Source: Saccostrea echinata | Lineage: Eukaryota | Reading direction: 5' to 3' | Length of the DNA: 64,000 nt | Assembly: GCF_033153115.1 (NCBI RefSeq) | Contig: NW_026889796.1 | Location: 10,354,001 to 10,418,000, forward strand | Translations under genes and position numbers: made by a program | Notes under the pieces: generated by a model | Databases searched by the model: none | What the model was told of the DNA's origin: nothing | What the model saw: the letters and a program-made list of their open reading frames with translations, nothing else | Shown: one piece after another, positions 53,101-64,000 of the stretch | Layout: every line of letters starts with the position of its first letter | Position numbering within the stretch: the first letter of the stretch is position 1

Positions 53101-56100
53101 TATAGATTAAATCTTCAAATACTATATATAAAAAAAAATAGATGCAAGTATGGCCATGTCCATGAGATGTTCACCACATATAACACATTCATGAATCTAA
53201 TGTCTTTATGCCCTCTCAGGTCTCTCAGAACCTCAATAATGGCATCTGTTATAAAGTAACATATTCACTGAAATTTGAACACTTTCAAAAATCAATTTCT
53301 ATACCATCACAGTGAAATTAGTTTGTGAATGATTGATGACGGGCATTGTTAAAATGCTGCATTTGTTTTGGATTATTGTGTATTACCCTTATGACCAGAC
53401 AGACATGAATATATATGCAATTCCCAAAAGAAAATTAAATAACTGAAGCTGCATTTTACGTCTTTAATAGAACTTAGCAGTTGGAGTACACATTACAATT
53501 GTACAAAAAGATCTCCAATGCAGCAAAAAAAAAAAAAAATGCAACCATTTATCGAGGAACAAATGAATCATTAATTTGCTCTTCATTTAATTATTGGCAG
53601 ATACAACACAAGGCCAATTTTCCCTAGCTTTAGGTATGCTCTCTCAAAAGGCCCATTCAGTTAGGAGCCCAGGGAAAAAAGCTGACATTAATATTTAATA
53701 TTCCAAAGGGAGATAAAATACAAACATACATAGAATAATAATGTGAAAGCTGTTTTATCATTGTGCAGATAATAACCAGACCTCACAAAATAGAGAGAAA
53801 AAGATAGAGATAGAAAGAGAGCCACCTCAGCACTGAACTGGCAGCCAGAAATACTGGGGCAGGAATCAGCTGATCAGAAGGATCTTATTACATTACTGTA
53901 CCAAATTAGGTGTGCTTGTTATCTATAGTAGCTATAGAAATCTATCAATGAAGGTGAACGATTAATTCATTGACAGGATACAGTGGGGGGACCAGAAAAG
54001 ATGCATCTCACCATGGCAACAGAGGAGGACCCACACCACCATCACCACTCTCCCCACGCTACTCTGTCGGTAAGTCAGGGGGGAAGTCACAAAACTATTT
54101 ATAGAACCCAAACTGGGCAAAGGGTCAAACGTCTTGGTAATTACTGTCTAATGACTGTGATAATCTGATCCTTCTGTGAAGAAAGTCTTCAGCATGTATA
54201 TCTACTAAATATTACTGTGATCATCTGGTTTTCATTAACATTAACTGTATATATTATTTTTTTCAAAGTTATGATATAGTTTAGACATACCTACTGTTAC
54301 ATATGTAACAAGATAATCAAAGTTGAACATGTTTGCTTGTAAGCAGAAGTGCAATTTTTCTTTGGATTGAGAACATTCCATTATATTTTTTTTAAAGTGT
54401 ATATAATATGTGCATCATGCTGAGCATATATATCCTTGCATAAGAATCTGTATGCAAAGGAATTCAGAATGAAAGTTCAGCATATATTTCTTCTGTTACA
54501 GAGTTCTATCAAATGTCAATAGGAATGCCACAGAATAAGTCTGCAGTCTACTTAAAAGATTTCAGTTGAATAATTCATATTTGTTAAGAACATTTTATGT
54601 GCAAGCATCAGCTAAGATGATATACTTCACATTTTAAAGCACTTTGTATAATTCATGAATGAAACAAAGACATCAGTGACCGTGTCATTAATGAATAATA
54701 TTCATCCTGTTGCTATGCAAAATAGGGAATTTTTGTGAAAAAAAGTCATAATTACAAGATGTTACAATGAACCACAAAAATGTTGGTCTTCCTAAAGGCA
54801 AACAGGATGAGCTTCTGCTTGTTGACTATAAGGCCCAGTCCTCATGCTTTTTTCATTCCATATAATGATAGTTGTAGCCTTAAATTTTGATCACATCTTT
54901 TATAAGAGTTACATTAAATTTCTTGTACACATAAATGACATCCCCCATCCCTTTTTTAAAAAAAAATTTGAACTACCCCATTAAATCTTTTAGATTTTTA
55001 AAATGTGAAATATGGGAAGGGACAATGAAGAAAATGCTTACTGGTAAATAATTTATAGACCTGTATGAGTCCTCTTTAATTAATTGTATTGTAATGGAAA
55101 TACATGTATTAATTTAAATGTCTTCTATACTTTCAGGACAGACTATTATTAAAATTGTTCACTGCACACCAAAGAGTTCTAATTTTGTGGCATTTTTATT
55201 TTGTTACACTAAATTGAGATCAATTACTCAATTTGTAATCAATTCAGCATTCTCAGCATTTTTATTTGGCCTATATAAATCAACTGATGTATATATGTAT
55301 TTGAATGTTTATTTTTCCCCATTTTTAGAATGATTTATGTTCATTCTTAAGTCTGAGTATATTGTTGTCTTTAAACATCATTTTCTCAGTGCCCCAAAAA
55401 ATATTTTCAAGTTTGTAAGTGTTTTTAGGGTCCTTCAGTTCATAATTGACCATGTGTTACAATGACTTATTACTGTAGATGTACTTTATCTGTGTGGGAT
55501 TAATTTTGGCTTTTCCATGAAAATTTAAATGTATATTTAAATAATATGATGGCAGTCATAGAAATCTGTGTAATTTTCCATCTGTGGTTTGAACAGAAAT
55601 CCTGATTCCACGAAATTTGACCCTGTGGAAAAAAGTATGCATATAGTTTCGCATATTAGGCAGTTCAATCCACACAGGAGGGATGCCAGAGACAGGACTT
55701 AAAGGGATAGCCTTATCTAATTTTATAGGGATTTTTAAGGGGATCTCCCCAAGATATAAATGAATCTGTCACTTGAGACATTTTCTTTTAAACTACAAAA
55801 ATTACAAGTTAAAATTTTCTGCCAGAACAAACCCCCTCCCTTGAATCTGAAATTGATCTGTAAGTAATTGTCAGTATGAGACTGAATGCTTATTTATAAT
55901 ATAAAGTAAAAAAAAAAAATAATAATAAATAATACATAGTACCTATATAATCCAATATATGTTAAAATATATATAAAAAAAAGAGGTAGCATGGTCGTAG
56001 GAACTGGGGGGGGGGGGGCTCTGCCTCCCCCCAGTAATTTTTCTGATACAGTCTATATAGTATACTATAGAAAATATAGCTACTCTATCCTCATGCCTCC

Positions 56101-57155
56101 TTAATAATAATAACTGATGACATTTTGGTGGTGGTGGTGGTGGTGGTGGTGGGGGGGGGGGGGGTTTATCAATAATTTTTATCTGGTAGTGCCCTTCCCA
56201 CCCCAAACTGAAAATGTTTTGATGTCCCCCTCCCCCCAAACTGAAATTTCTTCCTACAGGCCTGTGGTAGGGACTTCCAACTCCCTTTGACATATCCATG
56301 GTATACAGTGTTCAAGATATCAAAGTTCAACTATATAATATTTAAGTAAATCAATGATAAACCATAATCCCTTGACCTCTGAGTAAATAACCAAATCCAG
56401 CAGTCATTTTGACAAGGGGGAAATGAAATAAAGAATTGATGGATCAATCATTCCCCAAAAAGAAAAAAAAAAACAAGAACATTATTTCACTCTTTGATTT
56501 ATAATTGGATTCTAGCAGCTTAAGAATAATATGGCATAATAATTTTACCATAACCAGGATTTGGGTTGAGATTTTGTAAAGAATCAATAAATATTTTCAG
56601 AGAAGCTTGCTGGGAATGATGCATGATGAAATTCCATTTGATATTCTTCTTACAAATTACACTATACTTGAAATGATAGGAAGAACAATTTTTTTCCCCT
56701 GACATTAACAGATTATTCACAAGAACAGTGTACCACATATCATAAAAAAAAAAGATACTGCATGCATGCATGTTCTGCCATGTTATCTGCATTAATAGAG
56801 GCTTGATATGTTTAATCAACAACTAGCTGATTCGCTCCATTTCCATTTAACTTCTTCAGCTGTTCTAAATTACTAAAAAACATAGGAACATTTTAGGAGA
56901 TGAGCAAATACAAAGTATGTCTCTGTGGGTCTGTCTGTAATTTTGTCTGTTGCTGTTGTCCCTGAGCAGGATTGCATAGAGACACTATATTTTCAAAAAA
57001 TACTATAGATACATATTTACTTTCAAAAAAAGGTATTAAATGAGTTAAAATAATTGCTGCTACTGATAGTTTTCAAATAAAGAGATGAACTGTATGTAAA
57101 ATGTACCCAGAATGGGATTGAAAATTATGATCTTTTTCTTGTTTTTGTAACAAAA

Positions 57156-57186
<31 letters not shown>

Positions 57187-60100
57187 CACACCCACCCACC
57201 CCACCCCCCAAAAAACCCAGTGAATTTGAACTATAAAGTATTATTGTACCTATTGTGAAATTAATGTAGCAAATCTGAATTATGAGCATACCTGCCATTA
57301 TATTGCACAATAGATACCACAAAATAATAATAATTTTTTTTGCTTGTTGCTCAGTTATATAATTATTATACTTTCCCGATTATCTTTTAGCAAATATGAC
57401 AATGAGTAAATGTTTTGCTCACTACAAATATACAGCTAGAGTACATGTACACTGTAAAAATGCTTTGAATCAAATATTCCATAAAGCAGAATTCCATAAC
57501 TTTGCACTAGACATTCAAGTACAAGCAGATTACCTTTTAATCCAAATGTAATCAAGCAGTACACAAGATGTTTCAAGTCATCCCACTCAAAATGTTTGTA
57601 AATGATAACACATGTCTTTCATTGTGTATACATAACACGAAAGACAGAAATGGGGCCAACTTCCAGGATAAGTTAAAGACAGCATCCAATCCACCGAAAA
57701 AAACATAATTCCACCTGATTAATAGTAATTGTACAGGACAGAAAGTCATCTTAAGACAAGTAAGGAAGAAAAAAAAAGCTAATACAAAACAGTAGGGACT
57801 AGAGAGTTGAGTAAGGATGATTTATATCTTGCACAGAAGAGCTCTTTGTAAAAGGGATCTCCAGAGAACGGTCTCAAACAAATCAGGTTAATTCGGGGTT
57901 CAAAACCACATATCACACAAGGTTTCACCACATCCTTGGCCTTGACGTTTTCCAATAAAGAATATTGCTCATGCTGAAGGAGGGAGACAAAAAAAATATT
58001 CTTTGCAAAGGAAATCGAGACAAGCTGCTTCATGTAATTTAGTGAGCCAAGCTGTCAGTGAAAGAGGAGTCATTATTTTGTTTTAAGACCGGCATTTTGT
58101 CATAAAACATGTGATTCTGGGTTTTTACTGATAATGTCATGTAAAAAATCTGCGGTATCTGGGTTGATAAATTCTTGTTAGCAGCTGCTAAAACTCCAAG
58201 GATACATGCAATTAACACATTGTGCATAACTATACTACAACATGACATCTTTAAAAATCCAGGAGAGTTTCAGGGATTTTAAATCCTCATATACTTCGGT
58301 AAGAATAGCCATATTTTGATTATATTCATTAAAAATTCATATTTTTTTTCTCTATGTTTTTTATGTAACCCTTACTTTTACAACATGGGTATTGCACATT
58401 TACATGTATTCCTTTGGCTGCAAGTATGAGTTATGACATCACAGAAACAAATGATATGAACATTTCAACATAGACAACAATGGTCATTCAGCTTTTCATG
58501 GTCAGACAGTGTCTTTAAATTCAGAGTGCTATAGTTAAACGTAATTTAAATTATGAAGTTTTTGATATAGACAAGGGAATACTGTAGCTATATCTAGTGA
58601 TATCAAAGGGACAAAACTCTTCAGTTAGTAGAGTACTTTATAAATTCAATAAAATTAAATAGTTATTATTGGCCTTATCTTCATAATCTAGAGTTTGGTC
58701 CAATTTGAATCCTCATGCTTATCCACTTAACTAATGAAATAATTAATTAATATTTAGATATATAAGAATTTGATAATACATTTTTTTTCTCCTTTATTTA
58801 TTAGTACACATTGGATCACTTTATGGATTTCAGCTCAATGACTACAAAGACTTTTTATCTACCAAATGAATAATCATAAGTCAATCAAACTGATCTGAGT
58901 TAGAAAGATTAGTATACAAGGAATATATGGAAAATAAAACTAATATCTTCATGAGAAGACATTTTTAACAAGGATGATATAGAAATATAAACTGAAATTA
59001 CATCTTCACAAAAAGATATTTGGACTTGACTCTAAAAGAATATAGTCTTTTTATATAAAGTTTTGATAATTTTGTTATTTCTCTTAGGTTTTTGCATGTT
59101 TAGAGGTGCACAAAAACTTAGAAAAGCTACGAAAATGTAAATTTATTTTAAATGTGAATAAGTATAAAAGGCCAACAAAATACCAAGGCTATATACTAGT
59201 ATGACTTTTACATTTCTGAATCAGTTCAATGACATTATGAATTTTAATCATTAAGCAAATATTTGATAATACTTATCTACACACTACAATAGTATCAAGT
59301 TTTTATTACCATTAATATGTTCACCTATACACAGTCCTATAGCTTGTATAAGAAAATGTGCTAACAAGTCTATACAGATAAGATGTTTTCCTTATTACAT
59401 TTAGTATAAATAATTTTGAGTCTTGCTCAATATTTTGTTTGAGCAACAAATAGGACACAGGTGACAAACATGACACCGTTATGTAATGATGAATAACAAT
59501 ATTACATCTAAACATGTGCTATAGCTACCGGTATAGTTATTTTTATCGAACCAGGATGGACGTGCACTCTACCTTTGAAAATTTTCTTCTATTATTAAGA
59601 TATTGAAATTTAAAGGAAAATTATACAAAAAAAAAAAACTTGAATAAAGTTATTTTTGATATTCCTTGTAGGAGAAATTTTTCACAGTTGGTTATGACTT
59701 TAGATAATAAATATATTTTATAGAGATTCTGTGAAAAAGCAAGTCTTAATTATCCCAATGAGTAAAGAGTATGTTTTAAATCAGAACATTAAAAATCAGT
59801 ACATTTCAAAATCTGATCTATAGTTGGATAATTTACATATTCATCTTATTGAAGATGTCATTAAGAAGGATGCACTGTAAGGTAACACTTGAAATTAAAC
59901 AGTATAACACTATCTGATTATTATCACTGTGGGATATTTGTGCATGGTACAAATACATTTAAATGAAACAAAGACATATAATTCAATTCAATCTTACATA
60001 TAATTCCTACATGTACATCAAAAATTATATGTCCTTTTTTGTAGTCAAACACACATTTTGGTGTCAATGTCTAAGCTCTTTTAAAATACTTCCAACATGA

Positions 60101-60727
60101 AAGAGAAAATAATTTTCATTAACAATGATTAATTGAATTAGTTTTGCAACATTAAGGACACAGAATTAAAAACTTGTTTTGTTGTACTTGTACTGTCAAA
60201 CTAGCCAGCTAGAGCATTAAGTTATAATGGCCAGAAGAAATCTTTATATGCATACAGGATCTTTGATCTACTCCCAAATGATGGGAAAATCGGGTATATG
60301 AAAATTTTGCACTAATCATTGAAAATCCCTAAACCTGACGTACCATCCTCAGGTTGCTAGTTCTTTAGCTTTATAACTTTGGAAACAATAGAGATAATTC
60401 GAGACATTCTTTAATGAACTACATGCACCTACCGCCATGTTTAAGTGCAGGACCAGCCTCTATAGGTATAACAAGGAGAGGAAAGATGCCACTGAGGCCT
60501 ACAAGCACAGCGCCTCCTACTGAATAAACCAGAACTTCATAAAAAGTTCTCCCAGCCTCTGGATCCGACATCGCGGATCGAGTTTCACTTGCCACGTCCT
60601 GAGAGAAACGATTCGGTACTCCTGTTTTTAACGTTGTTCTATGTATCTCCCCATCTGCCAGTGGTATCACAAGTAAAGTGATAACGATGACTGTCAACGA
60701 CAGCTGATAGACTGCCATCGTATACAT
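41192..60727 (-). CDS. SLC39A13: Zinc transporter ZIP13 (LIV-1 subfamily), ~396 aa, 9 coding exons
   Basis: Exons 60727-60433, 52500(or 52503)-52399, 51414-51302, 49928-49695, 49287-49198, 42916-42803, 41781-41712, 41537-41438, 41264-41192; phase-consistent. Signal peptide, [44 protein letters not shown] (ZIP13-type; ZIP7 has HNFTDG), [10 protein letters not shown]. Confidence 0.93.
43880..46348 (+). CDS. THAP + HTH + DDE (Harbinger/ISL2-like) transposase, ~575 aa, 4 exons
   Basis: Exons 43880-44353, 44818-44968, 45095-45328, 45480-46348 (1728 nt, open; first donor least certain). THAP C2CH: CSVPGC..W..VCSRHF..PVPTLF; catalytic [20 protein letters not shown]; [11 protein letters not shown]. 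Confidence 0.88.
46366..46405 (-). repeat. Isolated 40-bp HINE terminal hairpin inside the ISL2EU element
   Basis: ttagtcccctaccggtgaaaccggaggggactataggttt, identical to 4236-4275. Confidence 0.85.
46478..46620. repeat. 48-bp tandem repeat, 3 copies, between the two convergent transposon genes
   Basis: attgttaatttatcaatgttccatattatacataaagtatttaattat at 46478, 46526, 46574; one internal substitution. Confidence 0.95.
46804..48761 (-). CDS. SWIM zinc finger + YqaJ (lambda-exonuclease-like PD-(D/E)xK) nuclease, ~541 aa, 3 exons
   Basis: Exons 48761-48546, 48325-48018, 47905-46804 (1626 nt, open). Splicing rebuilds SWIM CSCVADDGSCKH; YqaJ motifs W...[34 protein letters not shown]; possible SAP-like N-terminus ([13 protein letters not shown]). 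Confidence 0.88.
48413..48438. repeat. (CT)n microsatellite in intron 1 of the YqaJ gene
   Basis: ctctctct run. Confidence 0.9.
55990..56264. mobile_element. Short MITE in SLC39A13 intron 1
   Basis: catggtcgtaggaa / ttcctacaggcctg imperfect TIRs; flanks aggtag / tggtag; G- and C-runs inside. Confidence 0.5.
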
Positions 60728-61223
60728 AAGATTATAGGGCCAAGAGTCCAGTGATCAAATTGGCCTACATTGTTTTTAACGTCTGCATTCGTCCTTGATC
60801 TTATCAGGTAGATCCAGCACATATTTTAGTTTCGAATTCAGAACATACACTGAAAGAAACTTGCCAGAAAGCTAAAAAAAATTGATAAAAACAAAAAAGA
60901 ATGTATCTTATTGATTATTTTATTTAAATCTTAGATTATCTACATACATAAATTATTTGATAAGTCATAGTTTCGAATTTCACTTTGACGTCACTAGACA
61001 GCTCGCGGGAAAAGTGGATGTAATATTTATCAATTCGTGCTATATCAGAAGCCGAGTCAGAGATCAACGTGTGTAGTACCGAATACACAACCGGCGAGCG
61101 CTCTTCTATTTTTAAGCTTGGTGTCGATGGCTTGTTATGATGCGGTGACGAAAAATTATTGGCTTTTTGGCTTAAGAAATTGTAAAATAAGAGATTAAGA
61201 TTTTTTTCTTATTTTTGAATGCC
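60728..61223. promoter_or_regulatory. Compact putative bidirectional promoter, SLC39A13 / F-box gene
   Basis: Divergent ATGs ~500 bp apart; CpG-enriched; perfect CRE TGACGTCA 60986-60993; E2F-like GCGGGAAA at ~61006. Confidence 0.5.
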
Positions 61224-61304
61224 ATGGATATATACGATGTTGCTCAGGATGCTACACAGATTGCAACCGCCACAAATAAATCAGATTACTGGTACATTTA
61301 CCCG
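61224..61304 (+). CDS. Putative first coding exon of the F-box/LRR gene (MDIYDVAQDATQIATATNKSDYWYIYP)
   Basis: gccATGg Kozak context; CCG|GTGGGT phase-0 donor compatible with the acceptor at 63385; no homology check possible. Confidence 0.4.
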
Positions 61305-63384
61305 GTGGGTATTAAACGTAGCTTAATTAACCCTTCAGATTTATTAGACTACCTAGCATGTTTGCTAATTATTATCATTTTTATGTAGCTAAATCAATAG
61401 AAGGTAGTAAACAAACATGCATGTAGTTAATTCTTTTAACATTTTTTCAAATATCAAATTTTATTTTATCAATTTTTTATTTTCCTCCATAAAATTACCA
61501 CATTTATAAAAGGTTGAAAGCCTAAATCTGATATTCAATAACTTTATGAAATACTTTTATAAAAAAAAAAAATCACCGCATAAGATAGAATGATTTTTTA
61601 AAAAAGTATTAGATTTAACATTTTGAAAATTCAAACTAAGAGCAGCACTTTATAATATAATCCATGTGTACGTAACTAAAAAAAAAGTTTTTAAAAAAAT
61701 GTTGTTAATTTTCTTAACCAAGTAATTTCTAGCAGAGCATGAACTTGGCAAAAAACAACCCCATTTTCATTCATTGGGGTACCCACTAAATCCCTGTTGT
61801 TAATGTTAGAATGCAGGGGTTCAACACAGATGTAGATTAGCTAAAGAGGGTTTAGATAATGCCCCATACATGTGGTAATGTTATTAATTTTTAATCTTCA
61901 GAGGGGTCATCATGCAACCCGATTATAGATAAGATAAAATACTTTTCAAATAACTCAATGTTTTTTATCATCTCTTTTTTTTTCCATTTTTGATTCTACC
62001 CACTGTGATTGTTTCAGGGGGAAAAAGATATCTTTATCTTCCTTGACCTCCCTCCATCACTGATTTGAACTTTTAAAAGATTTTCATCCTTCCACTTGCC
62101 ACCTTGAAGGGCTTTGATTAATAATCTACCAGACATGAAAGTCTGATAAATTGATTTTAGGCAGTGATAACTCTTTGCATGCAGTAAGAGATAAGACAAA
62201 AAACACAGGTAGCATTTTATATTGATCCTTTTTCTTGCTTTTCCCCTTGCATTGCAATTGAATTTAATGATCTCTTATTGTGTTGAGGATAGTGCAGGAT
62301 TTCCTTTCATTTTATTTGAAGATGCAGAGTTTCTGAGATTATATTGATCTCCCTAATATCTGTTCATATCTTCTCTCCTTTACTGACCCCAGCAGTGTAA
62401 AAGGTATATTATCGTCAGTGTATCAGATTCTGCACTGGATGAGATAGGGCTGGGAGGGTTGGGATAATGAATGGAAATTGAATGGTAGTGAGAGTTGATA
62501 ATAATAACAAGCATATGTGCCCATGGTTGCTCTCATCCTTTTTTTTTTTGTATCCCAAATCTATTTACTCCATACTGTGATGCACTAGTCTTTGAAAACA
62601 GATTACCAATTAATGTTTCATGTAAAAGCTTAAATAAAATGTACCTGTACTGAAATTGATTGACTTACAGTCGTCCGAGAGCTTAATAGATAGGAACAGG
62701 AAAGAACAACTGTTTAGCATATCCACCAATTCTGTTTGCAACAAACCACATTATACAAGAAAAAGTTCAATTCCCAAACATTTATTGTCTTACAAGCAAA
62801 AAAATTGAATACTTGGCTACCTCATTAACTCCGAGTGCCTCTTCATTACTTTTCCATTTTGTATGCTAGTTTAGCAATAAGTTAGAGAAAATGAACACGT
62901 AATTGAATTTAGTATTTTGCTAATTGATGCAATTCTGTTTTTATGTACATGTTCTTGTAACATATATTTCCAATGTTTCTGAGTTGTACATTGACTATTT
63001 TGCAGTTAAAAAAATTAAAACATCTTTGTTTAAAGGTCTTAGAGCAAGGGGGATGATCTCATTATTTCTGCTTTATAATAATGAAAGGGGAACATGTTTT
63101 TCATATAAAAACATTGACGTAAACATGTAGCGAGATTTTTTTTTCTTCAGCACAATGCTCTGAGAGCTGATTAAAAATATATATAAAGTGGTATTTACCA
63201 ATTTTTTTTAAATTGTGGGAGAAATAACATATTTGTGCTGAGGGGGGCATGGATGCTCTTTGTAGCAGTGTTTTTTTTCCCTCCAATCATCCTGGAAAGT
63301 TATTTATCTGAATTCCTTTCAAAGCACTTTTTTTTCTTGTTGTATATCTATAATGCTCTGTGATCTTCTCTTTTTCCCTTTCAG

Positions 63385-63865
63385 AGTTTGACAATACACA
63401 AAATACCAGACAAGCTTCTGCTTCACATCTTTTCGTTTCTGAAGCATCAAGAACTTGGAAAAGTGGCCCGCGTTTGTAAGAAGTGGCGATTGCTTGCCTA
63501 CGACCCTCGCTTGTGGACAAGCATATCTTTACGGCCAGAATATGGTGGACTGCACGTTCAGAACGTCGACGCATTACTGACTTTAATAGGCATAAGATTT
63601 GGGCCTACCCTGAAGTACATAGAACTACCCTGTGAACTGATTACTTCCCCTATTTTACATGAATTGGCAAACAAGTGTCCAAATCTTGCCTACATGACGT
63701 TAGATTTTGCCAATGCCATGCAGTTACACGACTTCAATGACCTGAACGCCTTTCCCTGTAACCTTCGGAGCCTTTGTATATGTTTATCAGAGGTCATATT
63801 CCTGGAAGGGTTCATGAGAAGGATATACAGCTGCCTCTCATCTCTAGAAGTTCTCCATCTAATTG
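63385..63865 (+). CDS. F-box/leucine-rich-repeat protein, internal exon (gene continues beyond the window)
   Basis: F-box IPDKLLLHIFSFL..L.KVARVCKKWR.LAYDPRLW followed by LRR-like LANKCPNL, NLRSL, SLEVLHL; polypyrimidine-CAG acceptor, G|GTAAG donor. Confidence 0.85.
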
Positions 63866-64000
63866 GTAAGCTAAGGTTATGGACGAGGTAGCACAAATTA
63901 ACTTGTATTATTACATTATTACCTCTCATCAATTATTGTTCTCTGTTAATTGCTTACATAATCAAAGGAATATGACCCAGCCCTATCACCTCAGCAAGGG

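Noticed and set aside
55943-56299. Poly-proline ORF
   Set aside because: Produced by (GGT)n and G runs inside a MITE
56620-56705. Possible C/D snoRNA (ATGATGA...CTGA)
   Set aside because: Weak terminal stem and no recognisable guide; expected by chance in AT-rich DNA
56918-56984. Possible pre-miRNA hairpin (gtctctgtg...catagagac)
   Set aside because: Only ~9 bp pair cleanly and I do not recognise a known mature miRNA
57640-58300. Higher-complexity intronic block with short ORFs, possibly an exon or enhancer
   Set aside because: No recognisable domain or splice-compatible exon; needs conservation data
59563-59569. Metal-response element TGCACTC in ZIP13 intron 1
   Set aside because: A single 7-mer is expected by chance

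Overview
AT-rich, intron-rich animal genomic DNA, most likely an oyster or related bivalve (inferred from the Cg170-like ~166-bp satellite inside Helentron-type elements and a mollusc-type Penelope fragment). I assembled four host genes by hand from GT-AG sites and codon phase: CHMP7 (minus, 10 coding exons), ZFYVE28/LST2 (plus, 12 exons), SLC39A13/ZIP13 (minus, 9 exons) and the 5' part of an F-box/LRR gene (plus, runs off the window). They form two head-to-head pairs. The main feature is an apparently intact 5,094-bp ISL2EU-type (PIF/Harbinger-related) DNA transposon in ZIP13 intron 5 (43771-48864). It has short TIRs, an AT duplication in a palindromic ACAATTGT target, and two convergent spliced genes: a THAP-DDE transposase and a SWIM plus YqaJ (lambda-exonuclease-like) nuclease. 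The nuclease gene is sense to ZIP13 and phase-compatible with ZIP13 exon 5. The rest of the window holds a decayed L1/Tx1 LINE with nested insertions, Helentron-type non-autonomous elements with satellite arrays, many MITEs with readable 5-, 6- and 8-bp TSDs, palindromes and minisatellites. All family assignments come from motif recognition; no database searches were run.
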